This document shows positions 39,130 to 47,782 of a DNA stretch of 60,871 bases, piece by piece. Under the pieces are notes generated by a model, which saw nothing but the letters and a program-made list of their open reading frames with translations, was not told the origin of the DNA and made no database searches. How positions within the stretch are numbered: position 1 is the stretch's first letter; the number at the start of each line of letters is the position of its first letter. The position numbers were made by a program, and so were the translations under genes. This DNA comes from an uncultured Methanosarcinales archaeon (lineage in GTDB: Archaea > Nanobdellota > Nanobdellia > Woesearchaeales > GW2011-AR4), in assembly GCA_964611745.1 (NCBI GenBank), contig CAZTBE010000002.1, forward strand, positions 1 through 60,871, read 5' to 3'.

Positions 39130-40552
39130 TCCATAACTTTAAGGTGTCATGAGCCCACTTGAAAGGTTTATCATTTTTTTCTATTAATTTTGAAACTACA
39201 GAAATAAGTTTTTTGCCTACATTGCTGCCATAGATCTTTTTTGAGGATTCCATCTGCTTTCTTAAGCCATCATTATTGATAATATGCTTTACCATATCAA
39301 CAATTATCTCTTTGCTTGCAGGAGGCACAATTATATTACTTCTTGCATCAAATACAGTTTCCGGACGGTCTGTTGTCAATCTGCATGTCATGCATGTTTT
39401 GCCAATAAGATTGAGCTCTTCCTGGACTCCACCAGAGTCTGTTAAAGCAGCAATGCATTTATCTGATTCAAAGAATTCAATTACATGCCCATATTCAGGC
39501 CATACACTTGTATAAAGAAAATTCTTCTTTTTCTTTAGCTTCTCAAGCTCTTTTCTTAAACCATAGAAATCAAGGGCCATTCTTGTCGCACTCATCTCTA
39601 TAAAATTGATGTTGTGCCCTTTTTTGACTAGCTCTTTTATTGCTTTGATTATTGATTTAAATCTTATTGGAGTGAGATTTTCTCTTCGGTGTATGTCTAC
39701 CCGTATCCAGTTATCTTTTTCAAGCTGAGGGTAAATGCTAAATATGCTCTTTTCCGGCTTTATTTTTCTTTTAAGCTCCAATGCATCAACAACAACACCG
39801 CCTATGACCCATATATTCTCTTCAGGGTAACCCTCTCTTAAAAGATGGTCTTTGTTGAGTTGGACAGGAGCGAAATGATATTGGGAACCGGCAGCAGAGG
39901 TGAAAGTGTCCCATTGCTCTGGGAATGGCTCATTCCTCATAAGTATCCATCTGCCATAGAACTGTTGATCAATGAATGTTTCTGTGTCTACTTTATTGTA
40001 TCTTTTCATCACTTCCGGAGTCATACTTCTCAAGCCAGCTTCATTCTGTATTGCCTTCTCGGACCTGGAAAACATCCAGGCAGCCGGAACAATGCTGGTC
40101 ATTATAGTATCTCCTAATACCACGGGAATTACAGTCACACCAGGCCAGTTTTTCTTCAAATGTTTTGCGAACCATGATATTTTTATCATCAACTCTGCTG
40201 ATTTCTGAGCTAAATCACCCCTTATGGATAAGTTGGATGCAATCTTGTTCTGAAAATTGAATTCTTTGATGCCATGAGTTAAGATATCATCATAATGCTG
40301 GTTTGAGTTGATAATAAAAAAAGGAATTTTAGATTTCGCTGCAGCTACTATGCTTCCATAAAATTTATAGAAACAGGGTTTTGTTCCAATCACAAAAGCA
40401 AGAACCCATTTTCGCTCTTTTTTTGCCTGCTCCATTACACCTTTAATCAATGGCTTGTTTAGAGTTAATGGCAGGATTGTAGGCATAAAATGGTCTGCTT
40501 CTGTAGCTGTTTCTGCTCCAAACATCGATTCGTATGCGTCTTTCATTACCAT
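39098..40552 (-). CDS. UDP-N-acetylglucosamine 2-epimerase-like (WecB-fold) enzyme with N-terminal extension
   Basis: 484 aa. TDSGGVQEE motif characteristic of the epimerase_2 family. Confidence 0.7.
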   Translation of the reverse strand: MVMKDAYESMFGAETATEADHFMPTILPLTLNKPLIKGVMEQAKKERKWVLAFVIGTKPCFYKFYGSIVAAAKSKIPFFIINSNQHYDDILTHGIKEFNFQNKIASNLSIRGDLAQKSAELMIKISWFAKHLKKNWPGVTVIPVVLGDTIMTSIVPAAWMFSRSEKAIQNEAGLRSMTPEVMKRYNKVDTETFIDQQFYGRWILMRNEPFPEQWDTFTSAAGSQYHFAPVQLNKDHLLREGYPEENIWVIGGVVVDALELKRKIKPEKSIFSIYPQLEKDNWIRVDIHRRENLTPIRFKSIIKAIKELVKKGHNINFIEMSATRMALDFYGLRKELEKLKKKKNFLYTSVWPEYGHVIEFFESDKCIAALTDSGGVQEELNLIGKTCMTCRLTTDRPETVFDARSNIIVPPASKEIIVDMVKHIINNDGLRKQMESSKKIYGSNVGKKLISVVSKLIEKNDKPFKWAHDTLKLWSDNEKGIDYL

Positions 40553-40572
40553 TTTACTAAATTATTTTTAAT

Positions 40573-41292
40573 TTATTTCTTAATTTGTTTTTTTAATGAT
40601 GCAACCTCTTTTATAATTTCTGCTATTACTCTGGCTTTGGGTATGCTAAATCCTTTTTGATTGAAAACCGAAACACCGCTATATCTCTTGAAATGGTGCA
40701 CGCCTACGTGCTTAATTTTATAACCACCCCTTCTGGCTCTTATCAATAATTCACTCGTACCAAGCCCTGTTTTGCATTGTAATTTAATTGTTTTAAAAAC
40801 CTTTTTCTTTACTAATCGGAATGCGCAATCAAAATCTCTGCCTTTAAGATTAAATATAATCTTTATTAGGATATTGTATATCCTGGATACCCATATCCTG
40901 GTTAATGGATCCTGCCTGTTTATCCTGTATCCGGCAACTATATCATAATGCTTTGTATAAGGCAGCAATAACTTGAATTCATTCAGGTCAAACTGGTTGT
41001 CTGAGTCAGCGTAAAATATAAGGTCATATTTTGCAGCATCAAAACCCATTTTAATGGCATAGCCGACTCCTTTAAGTTTTTTTGGCTGCATAACAAGCCT
41101 AAGACTCTTGTTTTTCTTCATCAACTCTTTAATTATATTTTTTGTGTTGTCAGTTGAGCCTTCATATAATACTATAATCATCTCATATTTGTTTGCATTC
41201 TCTTTAAGAACTCTCTCTGCATCTTTTACTAGTTTTTTTATATTTCCTTCCTCATTATAGGCAGGAAAGAACATTGTAATATCTTGTTGCAT
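40573..41292 (-). CDS. GT2, polyprenyl-phosphate sugar synthase-like
   Basis: MFFPAYNEEGNI and YADSDNQ. 239 aa. Confidence 0.85.
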   Translation of the reverse strand: MQQDITMFFPAYNEEGNIKKLVKDAERVLKENANKYEMIIVLYEGSTDNTKNIIKELMKKNKSLRLVMQPKKLKGVGYAIKMGFDAAKYDLIFYADSDNQFDLNEFKLLLPYTKHYDIVAGYRINRQDPLTRIWVSRIYNILIKIIFNLKGRDFDCAFRLVKKKVFKTIKLQCKTGLGTSELLIRARRGGYKIKHVGVHHFKRYSGVSVFNQKGFSIPKARVIAEIIKEVASLKKQIKK

Positions 41293-41359
41293 TTTAATAT
41301 CAACTTTGTATTTGTTTCTGGCAACACATGAAGATATTTAAACCTTTATACAAATTCCA

Positions 41360-41538
41360 ACTAGGAACGGCTGCGTTCAAAATCTCGCTACGCTTGGGTT
41401 GCCATCGGTTCGCATTTGATTTCATTAAGTTAAGGCTGCCACCCCCGTAAGGGACTTCCCCCCGGCAGCTTCATGTATCTTATTAAAGATGCTCACAAAT
41501 TGATGGCAACCTACATTTTGAACGCAGCCACTAAGAAC
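41360..41538. mobile_element. MITE-like rod-shaped palindromic element D with TSD-like flanks
   Basis: Perfect 15-bp terminal inverted repeat GGCTGCGTTCAAAAT (41369-41383) with ATTTTGAACGCAGCC (41515-41529). Second perfect 10-bp inverted repeat GGTTGCCATC (41397-41406) with GATGGCAACC (41502-41511). Flanking direct repeat ACTAGGAAC (41360-41368) and ACTAAGAAC (41530-41538). No transposase in the window. Confidence 0.4.
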
Positions 41539-41597
41539 AAAAACTATTTAAAACTAGGAAGATTCTTGGATTAATCCAGATTATAGCAGGGATTGGA

Positions 41598-43508
41598 ATG
41601 ATAGAAATCTTTTACTTTATTTTTGTTGTATTAGTTGCAGTTGCATTAGGGCAAAGAATTTTGAAGATAATTGGTGCAAAATTTGATTCTGATATTCTAA
41701 GATTTATATTCTCTTTTCCATTGGGATTGGCAGTTTTAGCCTACGCTGCTTTTTTTTTGGGGCTTGCAGGTCTGTTATATAAATCAATATTTATCTCAAT
41801 TTTATTACTTATACTTATTATTTTGATAAAAGATATCATAAAGATAATATCAACATTATTTGCTTTTGTTAAAAATATCAATCAAAAAAACGTTAGGAAG
41901 CGGAAGTTAGGATTTAATTTCTTCACTATTCTGCTTTTGTTTTTATTGTTATTTGTAGTACTTAATTTTATCATCAGTTTTTCTCCCCCATGGAATAATG
42001 ATGCATTAGCATATCATCTAGCTGTTCCAAAGATATATATTGAAAATCATAAGATTATAGACATACCACATATTTTTTACTCAAACTTTCCTTCGCTAAT
42101 TGATATGATAAGCATGATAGGACTTTTGCTTCACAGCGGCATTTTAAGCCATCTTTTTGCATATGCATTGGGTATTACATTGATACTGGCAATCTACTCT
42201 TTCTGCAAAAAATTCTTTAATCCAAGAGTTGCAATTTTAGCTTCTTTGATTTTCTATAGTTTTCCAATGGTTATTGAGTTTGTATCAACTACCTATATAG
42301 ATATTCAACTGGCATTATTTGTTTTTTTGTCAATCTATGGGCTGTTTATATATTTTACTTCAAAAAAGAATTCGTGGCTTTTCTTATCCGCAATCTTTAT
42401 AGGATTTGCAATTTCATCAAAAGTTTTTGGCATCATAGGTGCAATAGGCATTTTAATTTTATTAGCACATAACTTGTTTTTAAGGTTAGTAAAGAGTGAG
42501 ATTAATTATAAGGATGTATTTTTTAAAATATCAATTTTTTGTTTAATCGCATTTGTAATAACCATGCCCTGGTTAGCGAAGAGTTATTTCTTTACCGAGA
42601 ATCCTGTTTGGCCATTCTTCAATAGCTTTTTTGGTGGAAAATATTGGGATGAAGAACATCAAGAGTATCAAGAAAAGGATGTTTCTGGAAGAGAACTAAG
42701 CATCGTTAACTACATAAAGTTGCCCTGGGATTTGCATGTGCAAATAGTTGAGTGGGAGGATGAACTTGATATTAGAATGGATAGAAATCTTCAAGAAGGA
42801 GAGCATTTTGGACCATTTCTTATATTTTTACTTTTTTATTTTTTCTTCAGGAAAAAGAATAAAATTTTAAATACCCTCTTTTTTTTTATATTTGTTTATA
42901 TAACCTTGTGGTTTTTTATAGCCAATATCGGAAGGTATTTACTTTATCTTGCACCTTTGGTAGCAATAATCTCTTCTTATGTCATAATAGAATTATTCAA
43001 AAATAAGTATCTTTCAAAAGTCTTAAAGATTCTGCTAATATTCACTTTTAGCTTCAATCTTCTAATATGGGTTGGAGGAAATGCTAAAGATATGCTTGTA
43101 CCTCTTGGATTAGAATCAGAAGACAGTTTTTATGAAAGACAAGCCCCCATATATAAGCCATCTAAGTTTATTAACTCTAATCTTCCAGGGAACTCAAGAA
43201 TACTTCTTGTTAGAGAAGTAAAGGGGTTTTTCTTGGAAAGGGACTATGTTTGGGATAATCCATCAACACAGGTTTATATTAATCACTCTAAATTTAAAAA
43301 CGAAAAAGATTATTATGAAGAGCTAAAAAAATTAGGAATAACCCACATATTAGTCAATGATGGATCATTTGCTAAATATAGGGGTTTTACAGTTAAAGAA
43401 GAAACTTATCTTGCTGAAAAAGTTTTTAATATTACAAACAATTTATTGGAAAAATATACTACAAATCTTTATAACAAAGATAACTGGCTGGTCAATGAAA
43501 TAAAATGA
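41598..43508 (+). CDS. GT-C-like polytopic membrane protein with C-terminal soluble domain
   Basis: 636 aa. PPWNNDALAYHL first-loop motif, more than 10 TM segments, soluble C-terminal region of about 150 aa. Confidence 0.65.
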   Translation: MIEIFYFIFVVLVAVALGQRILKIIGAKFDSDILRFIFSFPLGLAVLAYAAFFLGLAGLLYKSIFISILLLILIILIKDIIKIISTLFAFVKNINQKNVRKRKLGFNFFTILLLFLLLFVVLNFIISFSPPWNNDALAYHLAVPKIYIENHKIIDIPHIFYSNFPSLIDMISMIGLLLHSGILSHLFAYALGITLILAIYSFCKKFFNPRVAILASLIFYSFPMVIEFVSTTYIDIQLALFVFLSIYGLFIYFTSKKNSWLFLSAIFIGFAISSKVFGIIGAIGILILLAHNLFLRLVKSEINYKDVFFKISIFCLIAFVITMPWLAKSYFFTENPVWPFFNSFFGGKYWDEEHQEYQEKDVSGRELSIVNYIKLPWDLHVQIVEWEDELDIRMDRNLQEGEHFGPFLIFLLFYFFFRKKNKILNTLFFFIFVYITLWFFIANIGRYLLYLAPLVAIISSYVIIELFKNKYLSKVLKILLIFTFSFNLLIWVGGNAKDMLVPLGLESEDSFYERQAPIYKPSKFINSNLPGNSRILLVREVKGFFLERDYVWDNPSTQVYINHSKFKNEKDYYEELKKLGITHILVNDGSFAKYRGFTVKEETYLAEKVFNITNNLLEKYTTNLYNKDNWLVNEIK

Positions 43509-43702
43509 AACGTAAAATTAAAAATAAATTAATAAGCATATTTATTTTGTTATTGATACTATTTTTGTACGTAGTGCATTATTATTTTGAAATAAAGCGG
43601 TATTTTGCTTATCTTCCAGGACGTTTTTTTTTATTTTAATAGACATAACTGGACTTTCAGAAAAGCAATAAATATTTAAATATTTTTTGTTTACTTCAGA
43701 AG

Positions 43703-45253
43703 ATGATAGATATAATACTTTTTCAGCCAAAATGCGGTGTTTGGGATATAATGGGTGCACGAGTACCTATTGGATTACTTTCTATAGGTGCTGTTCCTTG
43801 TAATAAAGGCTATAAGGTTGTCCTTATTGATCAGAGAATTGACTTCGATTGGCAAAGTAAAATTAAGAAATATATCAACCAAGGGGCTAAAATTGTATGT
43901 CTAACAACTATGGTTGGTGAACAAATATTGCATATGATGGAAGTATCCAAATTTATCAAATCAATTGATTCAAACATTCTTACTATACTAGGTGGATCGT
44001 GGCCGCAAACTCAGCCAGAAATGTGTATGCAAGACAAAAATATTGATGTAGTTTGTTATGGTGAGGGAGATTATCTACTTACAGAGCTTATGGCTTATTG
44101 TGAAGGCAAGAAAAAAATAAGTGATGTGCTGGGTATTATACACCGCACTAAGGAAGGGACAATAAAAAGAACTGCTCCAAGACAACCAGTTCAAAATCTT
44201 GATGAACTTCCTAAAATTCCCTATCGTCTTGTTAATCTTAGGGATTATACAGCAGTTGGATTTCGTCAAGGAAAACCTTCAATATCTGTTGTTACAAGCA
44301 GAGGTTGCCAGTTTAGGTGTACATTTTGCTCTATGGTCCCATTATATGGTCAATCATGGAGGGGATATTCTGTAGATAGGTTGATGGAAGACATTGCGGA
44401 ATTAGAGTCAAAGTATGGTATAAAAGACTTTTTCTTCAATGATGATTTAATTACTGGAGATTTTAAGCGTTTTACAGAATTTCTTGAAGCTCTTGCAAAA
44501 TCTGGCAGAGACTATAATTGGGGAACTCCAGGTATGCGAGGAGATGCAGTTTTGAGATTAACAAAAGATGAAAAAGCAATGGATAACCTGATAAAATCAG
44601 GATGTAAAAATCTGGATATAGGTGTCGAGTCCGGAAGTCCTAGAATATTAAAGCTTATAAAAAAAGATACAACCGTAGATGTTATTAGAAGAGTTAATCA
44701 GAAAATGAGTAAATATCCAGTTATCATGAAATATAATTTCATGGGAGGATTCCCAACAGAAACTGAAGGAGAATTTTTTGATACAATGAGGCTTAGGAGA
44801 ATATTACAAGAAGAAAATGAGTATGCTATTGCTCCGATTTACTTCTTTACACCGGTTCCAGAGACCCAGATATTTACATTGGCTATAGAGAATGGATTTC
44901 AACCTCCAACAAAATTGCAGGAATGGGCAGATTTTAATTATGATACTTGGTATAAAAAATATCCATCTTGGTTAACAAAAAGAATGATACACTTGATAGA
45001 TAACGCAGTGTTTTTATCATACTTCTCTAATAAAAAAATGAGTTATAAGTATCCCAATCCACTTTTGAATATATTGTTTAAATTATATTATCCCTTGGCA
45101 AAGCTAAGGAATGATAATGATTATTATGGATTCATGTTCGAAAAGTCGTTAGCAGAATTTATTGTAAAGATTGATGGTAAATTTAATTTATTTAATCGCA
45201 TCCAAAAAAAGTTTTTTTTTAAAAAAAGCGAAAGTCTCAATACCTATTCCTGA
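43703..45253 (+). CDS. B12-binding-domain radical SAM enzyme
   Basis: N-terminal B12-type domain (IILFQP...IGLLSIGAV). SRGCQFRCTFC cluster motif. Confidence 0.85.
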   Translation: MIDIILFQPKCGVWDIMGARVPIGLLSIGAVPCNKGYKVVLIDQRIDFDWQSKIKKYINQGAKIVCLTTMVGEQILHMMEVSKFIKSIDSNILTILGGSWPQTQPEMCMQDKNIDVVCYGEGDYLLTELMAYCEGKKKISDVLGIIHRTKEGTIKRTAPRQPVQNLDELPKIPYRLVNLRDYTAVGFRQGKPSISVVTSRGCQFRCTFCSMVPLYGQSWRGYSVDRLMEDIAELESKYGIKDFFFNDDLITGDFKRFTEFLEALAKSGRDYNWGTPGMRGDAVLRLTKDEKAMDNLIKSGCKNLDIGVESGSPRILKLIKKDTTVDVIRRVNQKMSKYPVIMKYNFMGGFPTETEGEFFDTMRLRRILQEENEYAIAPIYFFTPVPETQIFTLAIENGFQPPTKLQEWADFNYDTWYKKYPSWLTKRMIHLIDNAVFLSYFSNKKMSYKYPNPLLNILFKLYYPLAKLRNDNDYYGFMFEKSLAEFIVKIDGKFNLFNRIQKKFFFKKSESLNTYS

Positions 45254-45331
45254 GTCTTATTAGATATTATTCAATAAGCTTTTATAACAGAATCATATGC
45301 TCATTTCTCTAACAAATTATTACAAGTTAGG

Positions 45332-45348
45332 AAAATTTAAATATGCAC
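45332..45348 (+). promoter_or_regulatory. TATA-like box plus conserved TGCAC (shared promoter 17-mer, copy 2)
   Basis: AAAATTTAAATATGCAC lies about 35-45 nt upstream of ATG 45382. Confidence 0.4.
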
Positions 45349-45381
45349 ATATATTCTTAATCGAGATTTAGGTGAAAATTT

Positions 45382-46800
45382 ATGGATGAAAAAGGTATAA
45401 GGGTATGTTTAATCAATACACCGGAGTTACTAAGTGTGTATGGTAAAGTTCAGAAGTTTATCCCACCAACAGCACCACCTTTAGGTCTTCTCTATATTGC
45501 AGCGGTATTAGAACGGGAAAGTTTTCCTGTTAGGATTATAGATTCTTATGCAGAACATTATGATGTGTCTACAACAGTAAAAGAAGCACTAAAATTTAAT
45601 CCAGATATAGTTGGCATTACAGCTGTAACTCCAACATTTGGAAATGCCATTATGATTGCCAAAGCTTTGAAGAAGGCAAATCCAGATGTAACAATAGCTA
45701 TGGGAGGTCCCCATATAACACCAACTGGAGCATTGATATTGCAAAATCACAAATGTGTAGATATTTGCGTAAAGCATGAAGGAGAGTATGCTTTCCTAGA
45801 GTTAACTCAAAAAAAACCATTGAAAGATATTTTGGGCATTTTTTACAGAAACGATGCTGGTACTGTGATAACCAACCCTGACCGGCCTTTGTTGGAAAAC
45901 TTGGATGAACTTCCATTTCCTGCTAGGCATCTAATTGATTTATCTAAATACCATCATGTTCTTTATTCTTCTTATGGAGAACCCTTGACAGAAATGACCA
46001 CATCAAGAGGTTGTCCTTACAAATGTAGTTTTTGTGCATCTAAAATCACAAATGGTTCAAGGGTACGTTTCAGAAGTGTTGAAAATGTTATTGAGGAAGT
46101 AGACGAACTAATAAATAATTACGGAATAAAGGTGATTGAATTTAGAGATGATACACTTACATTAAATCCTCCTAGATTTAAGAGATTATGCGAGGAGTTA
46201 AAGAAACGTGATGTAGATTTTATAGGGAATGCGAAGGTGAATATGGTTGCACGTTTTCCTGAAATGGCCCAACAGGCTAAAGATGCAGGCTGTAAACTAT
46301 TCCTGTTTGGGTGTGAATCAGGCGACCAAAAAATTCTTGATTCATTCCTAAAATCACAAACTGTAGAAGACATCAAGCAAGCATTTAAGATTGTAAACCA
46401 TGTAGGATTGGACACCTTGGCTTGCTTTATATTAGGCTCTCCACTGGAAACTAGAGAAACTGCCAGAAAGACTATTGACTTATCAAAAGAAATTAGTCCA
46501 ACCTTTGTAGAGTACTTCCTATTAAATCCGCATCCAGGTACTGAGTCTGAGGAAGAAGCTAAACGTGTCGGTATGATGACAAATGTCAATTGGGAAGAAG
46601 TAAGTGCACCACAATGGTTTAATCCAACTATCCATCACCCTATATTTTCTGAAGAAGAATTAAAATCCATGCTTAGTAGTGCTTATCGTGAATTCTACTT
46701 TAGGCCAGGATATTTTATGAAGCTACTTTTAAAGATGAATTCTTTTAAAAAAATCCAACGCTATACAAACTTAGCCCGAGCTATGATACACATTGTTTAA
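45382..46800 (+). CDS. B12-binding-domain radical SAM enzyme
   Basis: VCLINTP...PLGLLYIAAVL B12-type domain and SRGCPYKCSFC. AGGTGA ribosome-binding site at 45369-45374. Confidence 0.85.
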   Translation: MDEKGIRVCLINTPELLSVYGKVQKFIPPTAPPLGLLYIAAVLERESFPVRIIDSYAEHYDVSTTVKEALKFNPDIVGITAVTPTFGNAIMIAKALKKANPDVTIAMGGPHITPTGALILQNHKCVDICVKHEGEYAFLELTQKKPLKDILGIFYRNDAGTVITNPDRPLLENLDELPFPARHLIDLSKYHHVLYSSYGEPLTEMTTSRGCPYKCSFCASKITNGSRVRFRSVENVIEEVDELINNYGIKVIEFRDDTLTLNPPRFKRLCEELKKRDVDFIGNAKVNMVARFPEMAQQAKDAGCKLFLFGCESGDQKILDSFLKSQTVEDIKQAFKIVNHVGLDTLACFILGSPLETRETARKTIDLSKEISPTFVEYFLLNPHPGTESEEEAKRVGMMTNVNWEEVSAPQWFNPTIHHPIFSEEELKSMLSSAYREFYFRPGYFMKLLLKMNSFKKIQRYTNLARAMIHIV

Positions 46801-46920
46801 GTCTTCAATTCTTCGTTCATTATGAATTAACAGAAATAGGGACCAGATTTAAAAAATAAGAATGTTCGATAAGTATATTTTACCTAATATTTTATAAATA
46901 CATCACCTTTAGCTTGACTT

Positions 46921-47781
46921 ATGGTTAGCATATCTCTTATTATCCCAGCATACAACGAGGAAAAAGCTATAAAAGATACTATTGATAATATAAAAAAGGC
47001 CATAAAAAATATAAAAAATAAAATTGATATAATAGTTGTTGACGATGGCAGTAAAGATAAAACAGCGGAAATACTTTCTAAAATTAAAGCTATAAAATTA
47101 ATAAGACATAGTATAAATAAGGGATATGGTGCCTCATTAAAAACAGCCATAAAAAATACAGCATCGGACTATATATTAATCATAGATGGTGATGGCACAT
47201 ACCCTGCTTCCTCAATACTCCCTTTAATAAATTATTCAAAAAAATGTGATATGGTAGTTGGTACAAGGACAGGAAGAATAGTTAAAATTCCTTTTTTGAG
47301 AAGACCAGCTAAATGGTTTCTTAAGCACTTTGCTCAGTACTTAACTAAAACAAAAATTCCTGACTTAAATTCAGGATTAAGGATTTTTAAAAGAGACATA
47401 GCATTGCGTTTTATGAGTCTATTTCCAGATGGTTTTTCTTTTACAACAACTTTAACTATCGCTTGTTTGACAAATGATTATAATGTTAAATATGTACCAA
47501 TAAACTATTACAAAAGAAAAGGTAAATCGGGGATACATCCAATTAAAGATTTCATAGGATTTACAAATTTGATTTTTAGGCTTACCATTTTTTTTAAACC
47601 TTTAAATGTTTTCATGCCAATAAGCGTATTTTTATTTATTCTTGGAGCTTTAAAGTTAATAAGAGACTTCATCTTAGAGTCCACATTTGGATTAGGTGGC
47701 GCAACGATAATTTTAGCATCTATACAAATTGCATTCTTAGGCATTTTAGCTGAACTTGTAATAAAGAGGACTAACCTATAA
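46921..47781 (+). CDS. GT2 with two C-terminal TM helices (GtrB/polyprenyl-phosphate glycosyltransferase-like)
   Basis: SLIIPAYNEE, VDDGSKD, IDGDGTY, then C-terminal hydrophobic helices (FMPISVFLFILGAL, ILASIQIAFLGILAEL). Confidence 0.85.
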   Translation: MVSISLIIPAYNEEKAIKDTIDNIKKAIKNIKNKIDIIVVDDGSKDKTAEILSKIKAIKLIRHSINKGYGASLKTAIKNTASDYILIIDGDGTYPASSILPLINYSKKCDMVVGTRTGRIVKIPFLRRPAKWFLKHFAQYLTKTKIPDLNSGLRIFKRDIALRFMSLFPDGFSFTTTLTIACLTNDYNVKYVPINYYKRKGKSGIHPIKDFIGFTNLIFRLTIFFKPLNVFMPISVFLFILGALKLIRDFILESTFGLGGATIILASIQIAFLGILAELVIKRTNL

Positions 47782-47782
47782 A

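Noticed and set aside
41369-41529. Integron attC site, tRNA, SRP RNA or C/D-box sRNA as explanations for the GC-rich islands
   Set aside because: The termini do not fit the RYYYAAC/GTTRRRY attC boxes, and the flanking cassettes are divergent rather than co-oriented. None of the five islands shows a cloverleaf with T-loop GTTCRANYC, SRP helix-8 motifs or C/D boxes.
43542-43760. 72-aa minus-strand ORF in the spacer upstream of the radical SAM gene
   Set aside because: It overlaps the start and the promoter-like TATTTAAATAT box of 43703..45253. It has no recognisable motif and no plausible start context.
45254-45381. Possible RiPP precursor peptide upstream of the second radical SAM gene (24-codon ORF MLISLTNYYKLGKFKYAHIFLIEI)
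   Set aside because: It overlaps the promoter 17-mer, has no ribosome-binding site and shows no leader/core features. The glycan context explains the radical SAM and AsnB genes better.
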